Source: Cenococcum geophilum (Eukaryota). From it: DNA of 64,000 nt. Positions within the stretch are counted from its first letter, which is position 1. Each line of letters starts with the position of its first letter. Made by a program: the position numbers and the translations under genes. Location of the stretch: NCBI GenBank assembly GCA_050273025.1, contig CP158635.1:25668001-25732000 (forward strand), written 5' to 3'. Under the pieces are notes generated by a model. The model ran no database searches, was not told the DNA's origin, and was given only the letters and a program-made list of their open reading frames with translations. This document shows positions 38,536 through 53,099 of the stretch, in pieces.

Positions 38536-40560
38536 ATGCCTCTCTGCTTTAGTAGTATAGTGAAATAGATTTTAGCGCTATGGTAATTCTATTCCGTAGC
38601 CTTTTTCTTCCTAAAGCTAATTATTATCCGCTATAAGATGGAGAAGCAGTCCTTTCTAGTGCACTATTATAGCTTGCTCGCACTATCCGTCTTTATTACA
38701 CCGTAGGTTTACCTTCTATTACTCCTCTCCTAAGGGATACTTATAGATAATAGTTATTGTTAAATAAGATTAAGCTATTTACGTAATTTCTATACTTTAC
38801 TAATAAAGGCAAAGCGGTAAAAGCCTATAAAAGAGTGGTAGACAAAATTCTAGAGGCCTTACCTACCGACCGTAGAGAGGCGCTTAGCTTAAATAAAACC
38901 CTAATAGTCTTAGGCCCCTAGAACACCCTAGTAATCCTAAAAGCCGTAAAAGCCGCAAAAGCCCTAAAAGCCCTAAAGGTCTTGACGACCCCTATAGATC
39001 TAGAGACTAAGAAAGCTATAGTTGAATTTATTTTATTATTTCGGATTCTTAAAAGATAAAGAACCCTACCTCCTAATAAAAGCTTAGACCTACTTTATAG
39101 AGGAAACCCCGCCCCTAAAAAATATTAAAATTTATTACCGGCAGCTATAGAGCGACTAGTTACAGTTTGCACAAAAATTTAGTCTTTAGATAATTATAAA
39201 TTAGAATAATTCCTTAAGCTTTATAATTTAGCTAAGGGTAAATCACTTAAGGCTCTTTAGGAACTATATATTAAACTAGTAGGAGTTAATAACTGGGTAA
39301 TAATTTATAACCTAGCTAATATCCTTAATATAGGCAAAAATATAGTTAGTTATAGGTTAATAAAGTCTGTTTTATTTAAGACGCTAAATAATAAGGTAGA
39401 GCGATTAAAGAAAAAAGGGTATAAGCCTAAAAAGGGCTAATAATTTAGAGCTTTGGTATGGGAGATGGCCTATTTATTAGGAGGAGAGCGCCTTAAACTA
39501 AATAATATTGCTAGCTAAAAATGGAGTTATCTTAAACCTAGAGTACTTATTGGTCTTTATAACCTAGATTTTAGTATAATATTAGTTTTTAATTACCTCT
39601 ATTAAATTAATAACTAACCTATAATAGTATTGAAAGATATATAGCACCTAAAGAATTTAATATATTTATTGCTTAGATGGAAATATAACCACAATGCCAG
39701 AAATAGACGGAATTGTCTCCTTTGGCGAGGAACCTAAAGGATATATATCTCTATTATGCTAATACTAACTCCATAAGTTAGCTTAAAGCTAGCAGCGCCA
39801 TCTAAAGCCCTAGGGGTATAAAAAGATTGGCTATTACTAAGCAGTCTAATACTAAACGTACTAGGCGCGAGTTATCTAAAATAAGTAGTCCGTAAGCTGT
39901 CCCTAATAGGAGTTCCAATTAAATATTTCTAACGTCTTTAAGGGACTAATATAGTATAGCTAATCTTTATTTAGACCCTTCTGAAATACTATTACCTTTT
40001 AAATCTACCTTAATCCCTAAGATCTACTTGTACCCTTTAGAAGTCCCTCTTAACCTAAGCCATTACTTAACCCCTAGAATGTCCTTCTCTTTTAAACCTA
40101 CCTTAATTTTTTAAATCTACTTAGATCTACTATTAATTCCTTCTAATATAAACCTGGACTATTACTTAAATTCTAAAGTACCTCCCCCTTTTAAACCTCT
40201 ATTAATTCCTAAAATCTATTTAGATCCTCTATTAATTCCTCTTAATTTAAATTTTAATCTCTAGCTAATTACTCTGCTAGCTACTACAGTAATAAATAAC
40301 TAGCTTAATTTGTATCCTATATTTCTATATATAGTAAGCCTTAACCTAAACTAGAATTTGTAATATAGCACTCCCCGTATATTTTAATATTATATTTACT
40401 CTACTTCTAGAGAACCCGCGGCCTTAAATAGCTCCTATAAGGCTGCGGCTGTATAGACCTATATAGATATATAAGTATATCCACCCCCTTCCCTATAAAG
40501 TGTTAAGGCGTATTATTAAGTGCGCTTATTATATTGCCGCTCTAAAGTTTAGGGTATTTA
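38536..40560 (+). pseudogene. Unknown cargo gene relic with degenerate Pro-rich repeats (~39970-40260)
   Basis: ATG ~38536, intron-like GT..CTAAC..AG segments, repeated (L)DP(S) codons. Confidence 0.3.
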
Positions 40561-42169
40561 TATTTTATAAAAATCCTAAACCCTAGCAAACTATTATCCA
40601 AACTTAGCGGGCTAAGTGCTAATATTACTATAGCCTTTGCTATGCTATCCCTAGGGTTTACCTAGATTTCCTTATTTATATTATTATAATATACTAGATA
40701 TTGGTTTTTGATAAAGACCGCGTCTTTAGTAGTACGGAGGATTTTAGTAGCGTGCTGCCTAGCGACTTTTTAAATATTTTTTATTAGCATACTGCTAATC
40801 TACTTAGCGTTAGTAATACCTTAATGTATAGTGAAATATAAAGTAATATTGTTTTACTATTAGGTATTTTATAGAAGGGAAAGTCCTCCTTTTAGGAGGA
40901 TAAGGATTGGCTTTATACTAATAGAAAGGCGTATAAGTAATCTAAATATCTACTATCTATGCTAGAAGCTATCTATAGTACGGATATAATAAGTCTAAGA
41001 AAGATATAAGTAATAGACGCATTAGTGAATAGATATAAAGACCCTTTAAAGGGGCTGATTTTTCTTTAATAGGGCTGATTTCCGGTTAGGTAGGGCTTAT
41101 GTAATACCGCCTGTTCCTAAGAACCGTTATCGCACTAATACGCGCCTTATGGAAGAGGTGCGGGCGACTTATAGAAATTGTCTTAATATTTATAGGTAAA
41201 GAGGATGTGCTATATAGCGTATATAAATATATATCCTCTGGTCCTATATAAAGAGGCCACTAGACCTTTACTCCCGTCGTTATCCTTACCTAGCACTTTT
41301 ACCTTAAGAATAATATTGTAATAAAGCTGCCGGAAATTACAAAGGACGATTTAATTTTTAGACTAAATTATCCTCTTATTTCTCCTTAAGATTTCCTATA
41401 GGGCTTTTATAAACCTAGTATAGATTATAACGGTATTAAGGTAAAAGATATTACTTACCCTTTAGTTATATTAGTTAAATAGTTCTATAGGTTAAAGATA
41501 TTTTTACCCTCTACTATATACGGTAGTGCTAACAAAATGGCTCGCACCTATATTATGGCGAACGTATCTTTTTAGGGATATTTAATTCTAATAGTTTAGT
41601 GGTTAAACGTATAGTATTCTTGGGTGATCTTATACTTATAAAAGGTAGGCTAGAAATAATTAAATAGGTAGAACGTAAGGTAGAGGATAGGAATAATTGG
41701 CTTTAGATAAAAAATGCTCTATTTTTTTTAAAATTCTTTAAATAGGTCTCCTTTAATGACCAACTTAAGCAAGTTAAGGTAAATATTATAAATAATATGG
41801 CTTTTTATATGTTAACAGTTTTATAGGTCTTAGATATAATTAGTTTCCGCCCTATTTTAGGCGCTTCTCCCCTATATAGGAGACGGTTTACCCTACTTAG
41901 GATTTTTTTTTAAATAGGTCGCAGAAGCTAGGCAAAGTGCTATTAGATATAGTTGAAAGGATAGAAAATAGAGAGGAAGCTATGGAACGGGTAAAGTATA
42001 AGCTGTAGTGTTATAAGGACGAAGACTTAGCCGGGCAGATATTGTCTTTAAGTTTTACTTAGCTAATATAGGAGCTACCTTTACAAGGAGAATATCTCTC
42101 CGTTAATTTTACTTCTGTAATAATAAAGCCTATATAGTAGGCTAGAGTGTAGGCGAATTGCTTATAAAT

Positions 42170-42630
42170 TTAGGAATAGGAGAATAGAAGCCGTAAGGTA
42201 TTGGTTCCCGTAGGGGAGAGGAAAACGTGGCTATAGGCTCCCGTAGGGGACTAAAAGCTATATAGAAATACAAGCCGTAGGGGATTAGTTTCTATAGGGC
42301 GGTGGAATATATAGGCATTAGCACCCGTAGGGGATTTATTAATATAGGGGATTTATTAGTATAGTGGATTTGTTAGAGTAGGGGACTAGCTCCTATAGGG
42401 GATTTATTAGTATAGGGGATTTGTTGGAGTAGGGGACTAGCTTTTATAGGGGATTTATTAGCGTAGGGGATTCATTAGAGTAGGGGACTAGATCCTATAG
42501 GGGATTTATTAAAGTAGGGGACTGGTTCCTATAGGGCGGCGAAATATATAGGCATTAGCTTCTATAGGGGATTTGTTTAAGTAGGGGACTTATTTAAGTA
42601 GGGGATTGGTTAAAGTAGGGGATTAATTCT
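42170..42630. repeat. Degenerate 15-18-bp GTAGGGGA-anchored tandem repeat, probably coding (Pro/Thr-rich) in a minus-strand relic spanning ~41000-42700
   Basis: More than 20 TAGGGGA anchors visible. Confidence 0.75.
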
Positions 42631-42900
42631 CCTATAGCCTTTATTTAGGCGGTATAAGGCGGCTTCTAATAGGCTAGCAAGTAGATTGCGTGTTTTATGG
42701 AAAAATGAAGCCTATATAGGATAGTAGGGTATAGGGACCTGATAATCTAGCGGAAGATTAGGTTATCCGCTTTCCTGGGTTTATTTAGCCTACCCTACGC
42801 TATTTTATATATGTTTTAACTAAGGCTGCTACTTGGCCTTAGCCGCCTAAATCTTTAGTCGTACTATAGAAGAGTATAAGACAATAAAATATTATTCTAT

Positions 42901-45308
42901 TTACTCTGCTAACATCTTTAGATTCTTCTATGCTTACTAAAGTATCTTCTTTATCCTAAAATATAGCTCTAGATTATCCTTCTCCTACCTCCCACTATTT
43001 AGAAATATTACTTTTTGGAGCCTATTAACCTAGGGGACTAATAACTGATAGTACGGCGTAAAGTACTCCTCCGCTGTTTTAATGAAATCACCTTTATAAG
43101 CTACCTCTCCTTTTTTTTTAACTTAGCTAGCTCTTTAGTGTTTATATAATTTTACTTCTTAAACCTTAGGATAGGCTTACGCTCCTTATTTAGACCCTTA
43201 TAATAAATATATATCTAGAAAAGCACCTAAAAGAATAACTCTAAATTATACCTAAAGGAGTGTTTCTTACCTAGAAGCACTTCTATAGCTATGAACGCTC
43301 TTATACCGGTCTTACCCTGTGCTCTTAAAGGTCCTTCTTACTTCTCTTTAATTATAAGATTAAGATTAATTAAGAATAACTTCTAAGAGGGATTGTCGTC
43401 TTCCTCGTTTATTAAGAGGTTGCCTATTAAAATGTTACGTTAGAGGATGCTAGCCTGCGTATATAAAGACTTATATCCTTTAATACTACCCTTTAGCGTA
43501 GTAAGTATTATAGCCAGAGAGCTTGTCTTATAAAGAGCCTTTTTATAGTTATAAGTAATAACGCGTTAATATACCTAATTCTATATAATAAGGCGCTTAA
43601 TTAGAGAGCTTAAATACGGGCGCTTATTGGGCGGTAATAGGGCGTTAGTATAGCTAGACGACCTCTTTTTGTTAGTGCTTTGGCCTTTTCTTATACTGCC
43701 TTGCACTCTAGCTACGCTTAAAGGTACTATTAAGCTTTTAGGCTTATAGTTTGTCGCTTTAGTAATATCTAGCCCCTTACGGATATTAAAGATGTTATTA
43801 TCTTATCTACTTATATAAATAGTCCTATGGTAATAGTACCTGGCTATATTAATTACTCCTTTCTCCGCTGCTTTATATAGCAGTTCGCCTTCTTTTTTAC
43901 GCTCTAGGTACTACTACGAGTCTTTAATAACGAGAGGTATCTTAGAGGTGTTACCCTTATAGTGCGCTTTCTAGTAAGTTATTGCCTAACTAGTAATATA
44001 GGGTGCCCGCTTTATAAGTTTATTAAGGATAAGACGCTCGGTTTAATTATTGCGCATAACCTTAATATATCGTTTACTATCCGATGTTAAAATAGTAGGG
44101 TTAAACCCGAGCTGCTTTTTATTTATTAAGAGAAACCCTAATATCGCTGAGGTAAATTATAGTCCGTCTTTATTAATATTAAATAGTGATAATATAATGC
44201 CTCCTACCCGGTTATATTCCTATAGCCGTATAATAAATTTATAGAGGGTAAAACCTAGAATAAAGCGACGATTGTTCTAAGTGGCGAAGACTTCCCTTAT
44301 ATATTTCCCTAAAGCAAACTATGCCTATAAGGCTATATTGGTGTTTAGATTACTCTTTAGCTCTCCTAGTATAAGTATATATAATTAATAATATTAAGAG
44401 CTTTTACTGGTTATTGGATTATCTATAAAACTAATATCTAGCTTTTACTTCGCCGTAGACCCTTATAAGGGCTGCTTAGTGTATATAACGAGCTTTTATT
44501 ATGTCTTTAGGGCGGACCCATGCTCTTCTATAAAGCCTAAAAATAATTTAATTAGGTTATTAAACTACTCTAGGATATTATCTTGCTCTGCGCTTTTAGG
44601 CCAGTTACGCTAGCCGCCCTTATTGGCGTATAGTAGATTATCCCCTTTCTTACATTTCTTAAAAACAGCGGCGCTTGCCTTAAGACCTTCTACTCCCTTA
44701 AAGAATGCTTTGTATAAGCTAGAAATCCCCACGTAAAGAGGGCCTAGCTCCTCCTTTAAAACATTATCCACGTATTTCCTGTATTTGGACGAGTTGGCGA
44801 AGCTGCTTATATTATATAGATGTGGGGTTTAAATGTAAAATAGTAGCGGTTAGGGGGGAGGCGTGGACTCTATAATAGTAGCGTACACCTTTTCCTAAAT
44901 AACTTTATTAGACTTAATCCGGAGGATTATATTTAGAAGAGGTAGAAACCGTTTAATGTTAAAGTTGTCGAAATTAATTACTAAATTAAGTCTTAACAGA
45001 TCACTAAGGAGGTTTTTATTACCACTATTAGACGGCAATAAATAAGAAGCAGGAAGGCTCTATAAAGTAAGTATTAGATTAAGCAAAATATCCTTTAGTC
45101 CTATAGGCGTTAGATAAAAACTTATAACAAGTCTATTAATAGTTACCTTTATTACCTATCTAGTGTAATAAGTCTAAAGAGCTAGGGATGCCCAGATCCT
45201 AATAAGCTAAGTTAAATAAATTATAAAAGTTATTTAGCCCTTCCCTAATAGGCTTTGTTTTTAATTTAAAGAGATTTGCTATTACGGGCGGGCGCGCTAA
45301 GAGCTATA
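42901..45308 (-). pseudogene. Fungal-specific protein kinase (FunK1 / Pkinase_fungal), RIP-inactivated
   Basis: Minus de-RIP: 'GYESLYTQAGILQRDIS.GNLL.NEEDDNPSWKSFLIDLDL', 'GKTG.RAF.A..VLLGEKHSFR.DLE.FFWVLFWICI', 'LVIKDSWQY.ER.EEGELL', 'RRFILGFTL'. Confidence 0.93.
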
Positions 45309-48300
45309 TTGGGAGGGCTAATATGGTGGGCGGGTGGGTGGGTGAGGGGGATTAAAGAGACTAGTATATAAGGATAGTATAATAGTAGAGAAGTAAATAA
45401 GTGTAGGGAGATTAAATATACGTTAGGCGCGTTTTAAAATAAGGGAATAGTAAGAGAGGAAAGTATAAGGGAGGAAGTAAGGTGTAAGCGGAATGCAAGG
45501 AGGATTTAAAGGTTAGGCGTAGAAAAGTTAAGCTAATCTAATATGGCTTAGACTGAGGCTTTACGGGGCTTAGTTAAATGCTAAACTATAATAACCTAAA
45601 GTGCAGGAATATTGTTTGTAGTTCTAGTTATATAGGTTAAAAATATAGTGCGTATATAGGGTTTTGGTATTATTGGAAAGTTATAGGCAGCATTTATTAG
45701 TAATTATAGTTATTGGCTTTTAGTTTATTCCGTGACGCGTAAGGCTTAAATAGAGTGAGGCTCTAATATAGCGATGCTAAAAGGCGCTAGGTAAGGTACA
45801 GCTAGCGATAGAGTTAATTATTAGGTTGGTTGTATAAGCACCTACAATTAATTACGTGGCTGGTTTTAAAATGAGCTAAACCTAATATACCAAATATAGA
45901 TATAGCTAACCCTATTTTATAGCGCTTAATTGACCTATTTCCTATAACTAAGATCTAGTTCTTAGAACCGGATCCTTTTTTAGGATTACGCCCTTTTTAT
46001 AGTAGTTAATTGGTCTGCTTTATGAACCTAAATTAGAATCTTAGTTTTAGAATTAGATTCTGTTCCTAGAATTGTAACTTAAGCTATAATTAAAAATAGC
46101 TCCTTTCTTCTAAGACCGTTAAACCGCTTGGCTTAACGCTATACCTTTTTGGCTATATTTAGTACGTTTAGCTTAGAATTAAGATAGAATAGAGTCTTTA
46201 GAATTAGATCTAGTTCTTAGAATAAGATCCTATTTTTAAAGTTATAACTTAGGCCAATATTAAAAGAGATATCCTATATTTATTCTTAATATTCCCACCT
46301 TATTAATATAAAATTTAGAGTTAACCTATACCCTAATTACCTATAAAAACGCTAAAGACTTTAATACCTTAACTTTAATTCTTTATAGAGGACTAAGGAA
46401 GTTATAGGGTAGCTAACTTATTGCTACTAAGTATATAAAGGTGGAGGACTTTACTATAAGCGAGTTCTTAACTTTAATTTAATGTATATATAAATAATAA
46501 TGAGATACTCTTAACATGGAAGTAACTAGATAGAAAAATAATGCCGAGCTAAAGAAATCCTAATTGGCGCCTTAATTCTTAATGCTAGAAAATAAGAATG
46601 TAATTGCGAAAATCTTTTCTTATAAGAAATTTCTCATTTCTTTAGCTTCTTGGAGGCTCTATCTATGGTATAATCTACCTTTCTTTTATATATTCCTCTC
46701 CTTAATAGATTTAAATAATTATCTAGCGCCTTTTTTAGTTAGTCTCTTTGCTTATATAGTTTACCCTTTTAAGTTATCTCTATTATAACATCTTTAAGCG
46801 GTTTATATATCCTAGTATGATAATAAAGGTAACGCGGGTTCTTAGTATAGTATAATATAAGTTTCTTATGCGGTATACCCGCGGGTAAAACCTAGGTAGG
46901 ATACTAGTATATTACTGCGATAGGACTATATATAGATATAACTAATCTATATTTAGGGTTTCGGAGACGCTTTAAGTCCTCTATTATATAGTAAGTTGGC
47001 AACTATAATAAGAGATACTTTAGTTATCCGTCTAAAATTATAGCATTGGAAATTGTTAATACTTTAGTTAGGGGAGATATATCTCTAAGGAAGTTTATAT
47101 AATTAGCTAAACTATTCTCTACTTAACTATTAGTATTGCTAAAAAATATATAGGTGTTTTATAAATATACCTAGAGGTACTAGTAAACCTTTAATATAGC
47201 CCTCTTTTAGTTAAGGTAAGTTTGTTTTAGCCTCGCTATAGCTTTTTATTAGCTTAGGTAAGACTATTTTAGTTTTACTGCGGCCTTTTAGGCTCTTAAG
47301 GTAATTGGTATATATTTCCGTATCCTCTTATATATTACCCTCCATATTATTATTAATTTTATAAAAGTTGACCTTATTAGGTATTTAAGTAGGCGTATAA
47401 GGTATCTATTTCTATATAGGGTTGGAAAGCTGTAATTATTTCTTCTCCCTGCTGGTAGATGCTATATCTTTATTATTAATGTAATTTTAGGATAATTTAA
47501 GGTTTCTAGTAAGTTAATAAATAGGTATATTATTTTTGGGGTGATAGTATATCGTAATGTTTTTATAAGTACCGATTAAGGACCTATAGGTTATGTTAGT
47601 AACGTATCTAAGCTTAGTTAAGGTAATATATATAATATCTAGTATTCTTATAGGGATGTTAAGGGATATATAGTTAAGAGGTTAAATTTAAAGGTAAGTT
47701 AAATTAATAGTATATAAAAACTAGGAGTATAATATTTATATTTTATTTCTCTCCTAAGGCAAAGTTAGGATAAAAGGTAGAAGGAAAAGGCGGAGTATAC
47801 TAGCCGCCCTTTTCCACTTTATATGGTGTCTGTGGTATAATATTTAGTAGCTGTAATTACTCTTAGCTTACGTATTATCTGCGCCCAAGACTATAGGTGC
47901 CTAGAGTGATCTATAAGTAAGGCATTATTAGGGGTAGCTATTGGCTAAGCTGCTGCTAAACTTAAATGGCTGACGATCCCTAACGGACGCTGTATGCCTT
48001 AGTAGGGTTTAGAAGCGTTTGCATGAAGTTATAAACTAGAATTGGAAGTTAACAATAACCCCTAATAACGCCTCTCTTAGTAGAAATAGTATTATATAAT
48101 CTACTTCTAACGCCTATCCTTTCTAGGGCAAGATACTGCCTAAGCAGTAGACTTATCCTAGCTAGTTAATCTTATATATTAACCCCCTATCTGTAGTAAA
48201 GGAGCTATTAGTGCCTCTAGGGTGGTTTAATTACTATTCTAGCTAAGCCCTTTATAAGCGCTCCGCCTTATATAGGTGGTAATTAACTTCTGTTAATCTG

Positions 48301-49369
48301 CCTTGCGTTAGGGGAGATCTTTTACTTAAAGCGCTAAGCAGCCGGTACTTAGAGGTCTATAGGCTTATTCTATATCCTAATAATATTAACTATAATTTCT
48401 CCTTAAGTGGTATCTGTAACCCTAAGTACCTATAAGCGCAGCGTCCCTAAATTATTAGCTAGTAAGTGGGCGTTTATAGATAGAGAAACTGACTTTAAAG
48501 ATAACGGCAACGTAGAGACGTTAGCTAGTTAGGAAAGTAACTTTAGTAATAAGGATTAAGAATGGGATGTAGAGACATTATATAATGGAGAAAATAGTTT
48601 TAGTACTAAAGATTAAAAAATAGGGGCAAATAGCAATAAAGAGATGTTGAGCGATGAGGCTATATAGGCGACGGTTGAATACGGTGGCCTTGGCTTTATA
48701 GTCTTAAATCTATAAGTATAGGATATAAATATAAAGAAGATTTCTAATAAAAGCTGGTAAAAGGGTTAAAACTTTAGCTACTTTTCGTTTAGCCTATCGC
48801 GAAACAAAATAATATTTTACTATTTTTACCAAAGTCTCTGCCCGCTTGACTTATAGTGAGCTATAAAGTATTCGCGATAATCTATACTTTTACTTAGATG
48901 AATTTATTTACTACTTTAAAAGCAATAATAGAAGGAAAATCTATACTAATAACCTAGGATTTTTTGAATTTCTTATAGACCTGGGACGTATGCCACCTTA
49001 GTAACTATTAATCGTGTTTAAGACTACGGTACTTATAGATTTATATCTTAAGAATATAAACATATTTTTTTATAGTGTTTTCTTTTTATTTAAATTATTT
49101 CTCTGCTTATAATATATAGCGGTTATTTATCTATTCCGGTATAGTGGGGAGGGGTAGTTAGGTTACGCGAGAGGGGTTAGACTTATGGCTACGCTTATAG
49201 GGCTGTTTATACAGGAACTTCTCTAAGTATATATAAGGGGTCTTTATATAAGAACTTCTTTAATATTTTTAGATCTGGGACTTATATATTTCTTTTTTTT
49301 ATAGTTCTGGTATTTTCCTAATATTTACTTCCTATTTATATACTAGGCGTTAATAAAGGGCGCTAGGTT

Positions 49370-51100
49370 AGATTACCCTGCTTATATAATCACTCTACTT
49401 ATATAATTACTCTACTTACACAATCGCCTAGCTTATATAATTACCTAGCTTGCATAATTACCTAGCTCGTATAATTACCTAATTTGCATAATCGCCTAGC
49501 TCGCACGATTACCTAGCTTGTAGGATTACCCAGCTCCTATAAGCACTATGCTCGCACGGTTACCTAGCTCGCACAATTACCTAGCTCGTAGGATTGGCCA
49601 GCTTTTATAAGTATCTAGCTCGCACGATTACCTAGTTCGCATAATTGCCTAGCTTATATAATTACCTAGCTTATAGGATTGCCTAGCTCCTATAAGCACT
49701 ATACTCGCACAATTACCTAGCTTGTAGGATTAGCCAGCTCCTATAAGTATTTAGCTCGCACGATTAATGCCAAAGTTATTAAACCTATTAATACCCTATT
49801 TACACGCTAGGCATTAATTAGAGGGCGCTAGGTTAGACCACTCTACTTATACGATTACCTAGCTCGTAGGATCCCCTAGCAGTGTGTCTAACAGTTAGCC
49901 TAGCTGCGAGCTTGAGCAAAATAGCTGACTGACTGCGTCAATTGGATCGCTCGCTGTCCGCTAACTATTGGATGATGTACGCTGACTGTTAAGCTGTCAG
50001 CTAGCTGTCCCAATTAAGAAATTTGTATAGACTTTATGGTGTTTTATTTTATATTTTAGCAGCACCTCTCTATATACAATATTAATATTGTCCGATTAAA
50101 ATTCAGCCCTAATTTACCCAATACAGTATCTAAATATAGCTAAATTTGTCCTGCACCCGTAGAGGCTTAAAAGGTAGGTAGAATAGTTGGTGGTAAGGGC
50201 TTCGGAGGCTCTATTTCTATATTAGATTTAATTAAATATAAAGCTCTATTAAGTCTACCTTACCAAGCTGGCTTTTCTGCCTCTGTAGTTGGCCTATAGC
50301 CAGTAAAATTAACATATAAGCTCTATTGGAGTTAATATAGTCGATTAAACTGCTTGATAAAAGGCCTTTAATTAACTACCACTTCTGGCATTGACCTGCT
50401 TTAATCGTGTCGGCTAATAGTCTATTACGCTTATCGGTAACAATCTTTTTAGTTTAACTAAAGGCTCGTTCGCATGTAGAGCTTATCGCCGGTATAGAGA
50501 ATATATTAAGAGCAATCTTAACAGGCGTTAGATAAAGGATTTAACCGGTTTTAAGCCACTAGTTAAGAGGATCAGGAAGTTAATCTACGAACCCTACGCG
50601 GTGCTAAAGGAGTTGAGTAACGCGTAGATTATGGATTTAATAAGGAAGAAGCTCTACTGCCTGGCTGATGCGTGAAATGTAATATATATCGCATTTTGCA
50701 TAGGTAATAAAATAGTAAATTTTGGCATAGGAGAACGGGTATACGGCGCGTAATGGAGATATTGGGGAAAATGCTTTATTTACTATGGCTAAGCGAGAGA
50801 TTCCCATGGGTTTCTTATGGCTTGGCGTATAATCTCAGTCGAAGATTTGAATATCCTTAACTTCTACTAAAAGCTTCAACTTACCACTAAATCTTACTAC
50901 TAAGGTAGCGAGCTGTTAGCTAGCTGCAGTCTTATAGCTGACTGACTGTTATAACTCTCTAAGCTCGCTGACTGCTTACGTTATCAGCCTCTTGGCAGCG
51001 ACGCTGGCAGCGACGCTAACTCTTAGATATACTGTCCCCTAGCTCCTACGAGCCCCTAGCTCCTATAAGCCCCTAGCTTCTATAACCTCCTAGCTTATAG
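49370..51100. repeat. ~17-bp minisatellite (ATTACCTAGCTCGCAC.)n, split by the hAT insertion and resuming at 51035
   Basis: Units at 49380-49870; CCCCTAGCTCCTAYRAG units at 51036-51100. Confidence 0.85.
49880..51034 (-). mobile_element. Internally deleted hAT transposon (1155 bp) with 8-bp TSD
   Basis: TIRs CAGTGTGTCTAACAGTTAGC / GCTAACTCTTAGATATACTG; TSD TCCCCTAG at 49872-49879 and 51035-51042; minus strand hAT dimerisation motif 'PL.WWL......YP....IALDIFSIPA.SS.CERAFSQTKKIVTDKRNRL.ADTIEA.QC' (~50575-50385). Confidence 0.95.
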
Positions 51101-51663
51101 GACTAAAGCTATAGCCGCTAAATCTGTTAAGATCCTTACTGTATATACGTTAGAGCAGGCACTTATAATATTATTAGGTTAGTATAGGGGTATATATAAA
51201 AGATAGGCTGGTATATAGGATATATTAGTATATAGCCAGGGAAAAAGTAGAATAGTAAAATTGGCGGGCCGGTACGTAGGAATATAATACTATTTAACTT
51301 TACTTAATATAGCTTAGAGGAGTGTAGAGCCTTAACCTAAGCTATGGGAATACGTCCTTTAACTAAGCCTCTATTATATAACCACTAACTGCTTCTAGGT
51401 GCTACGGCCGCATACTCCACTACTTACCCTTTTTAGAACTTTAGAAGTTATACTAGTCTTTAGTTAAGTGACTAACGTTTAAAGCTCTAACTAACTAGCT
51501 AAATCCGTTATAGATTAGACGAAGCTAATAATAACTTCTTAATATATATATAGAGGCTCTAGAGCTACGTTTAATAAAGTAGAGTTCTTATTCTTAATCG
51601 TCCTATTTAACACTAAATTACTCCCTTAAATATTGCTTAAGATGTAGTCGAAACTAGAGAAAC

Positions 51664-52685
51664 ATGTTATTTAAGAGTGTTTTGTTTAGCTTAGCGCAGC
51701 TTATAGATAGCAAGAAATATAGTAACTTAAAACTTATATACTAGGGGCTGGAGTTTAAAGTCTATAAAGCGATTATATATACCTAATCTTCTGTATTTAC
51801 AGCTGCCTATAATAGAGGCTTTTCGGTAAAAGCTAACTAAATATCTAGTAGAATTGACCCTAACTAACCAACTAATGGGTAGGAGGTGGTAATTAATATT
51901 ATAAATATTAACGAGTTCGATTCCGGCACTATTAAGAGGATAATCTAATTTATATATAAGAGGGATTATAAGAATGGTAAGGAGGAGTAAGGATCTAATA
52001 TCGACGACACTAATACCTTATCGCTATATAAACTAGATAATAGCGGTAGCGATAATAAAGACATAACGATACGGCCAACGACGGCCTATATTACACTTTA
52101 TCACGTCTATATTAATGTAATTACCGATTACTACAATATACTATAGCTAAAAGAGCTTGCGAATATAAAAATCTAATATATTCTAGGAACTAGCTGGTCC
52201 GTAGATGGGTTTCCTAATATTATTAAGAATGTCTTTAGCCTAATAGGTAACTTAATATTATATAATATAATTACCTTAATAGCGGCCGAGTATATTAAAG
52301 AGCTTATTAAACTTAAGGACTTTATAGAGCTAGATGTTATAGGCAATTTCGCCATCGGCATTATACGGATAGCGATTACCGCATCTAAGGATATGGAGGA
52401 AAATTTTATGCTAAAACTTTAAGCTGTTTAATCTCAGCTATAATAAATAGAATTACTGCTTTAATCCGCTAAGGTAAGGTATGCCGCGGCTAAGTATAAA
52501 AGTAAAAATATTAATAACTGTCTTAATACCCTCTGTATAACTAGGACTTGTTATAATATTAGTTATAAAGCTAAGTTTATATATTACATTAAGGATAGTA
52601 GTTATCTATCCGACCCTAATTACCCTTATATACTTTGTTGTAAAAGGTGCGAGTATTATATATAAGTAAAGATATATAGCTTAGG
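51664..52685 (+). pseudogene. BTB/POZ domain protein, RIP-inactivated
   Basis: 'KYSDLKL.CQGLEFEVHKAI.CTQSSVFAAACDGGF', intron (~51826-51882), 'IDEFDSGT.KRMIQF.Y..DY', 'HV..N.IADYYD..QLKELA'. Confidence 0.88.
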
Positions 52686-52831
52686 AGATCGGCTTAGGTA
52701 GGAAGTCATTATATAATACTTCTCTTCCTTTCTCCGTTTGGGTTGATCTAAGAAATTCGAATATATATCTCGTCCATAGTTGGTCCGTTAGATATTGTAT
52801 AGCAACTATATTATCCATCTCCTATTAGCCT

Positions 52832-52910
52832 TCCCTTACCTTACCCCTTATCCTACCCTTTATCTTATCCTTTACCTTACTTTTACCTTTACCCTTACCT
52901 TTTACCCCCC
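52832..52910. repeat. (CCTTAY/CCTTTTA) simple repeat between the convergent BTB and captain genes
   Basis: Directly visible. Confidence 0.7.
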
Positions 52911-53099
52911 TGAACGAATTACAAAATCCTAGTTATTATATCTATTTTACTAAATACTAGAATAGGATTGGATAATAATAAACTATAATGAAATAAAAAG
53001 TGGTAAAGAATAATAAGATAAGCGCGTAATAACTAGGAAAAGGTCCCATGTATAAGGAACGTATAGTTCTAAATTTACTAGTTATATGCCTTTCTATAG

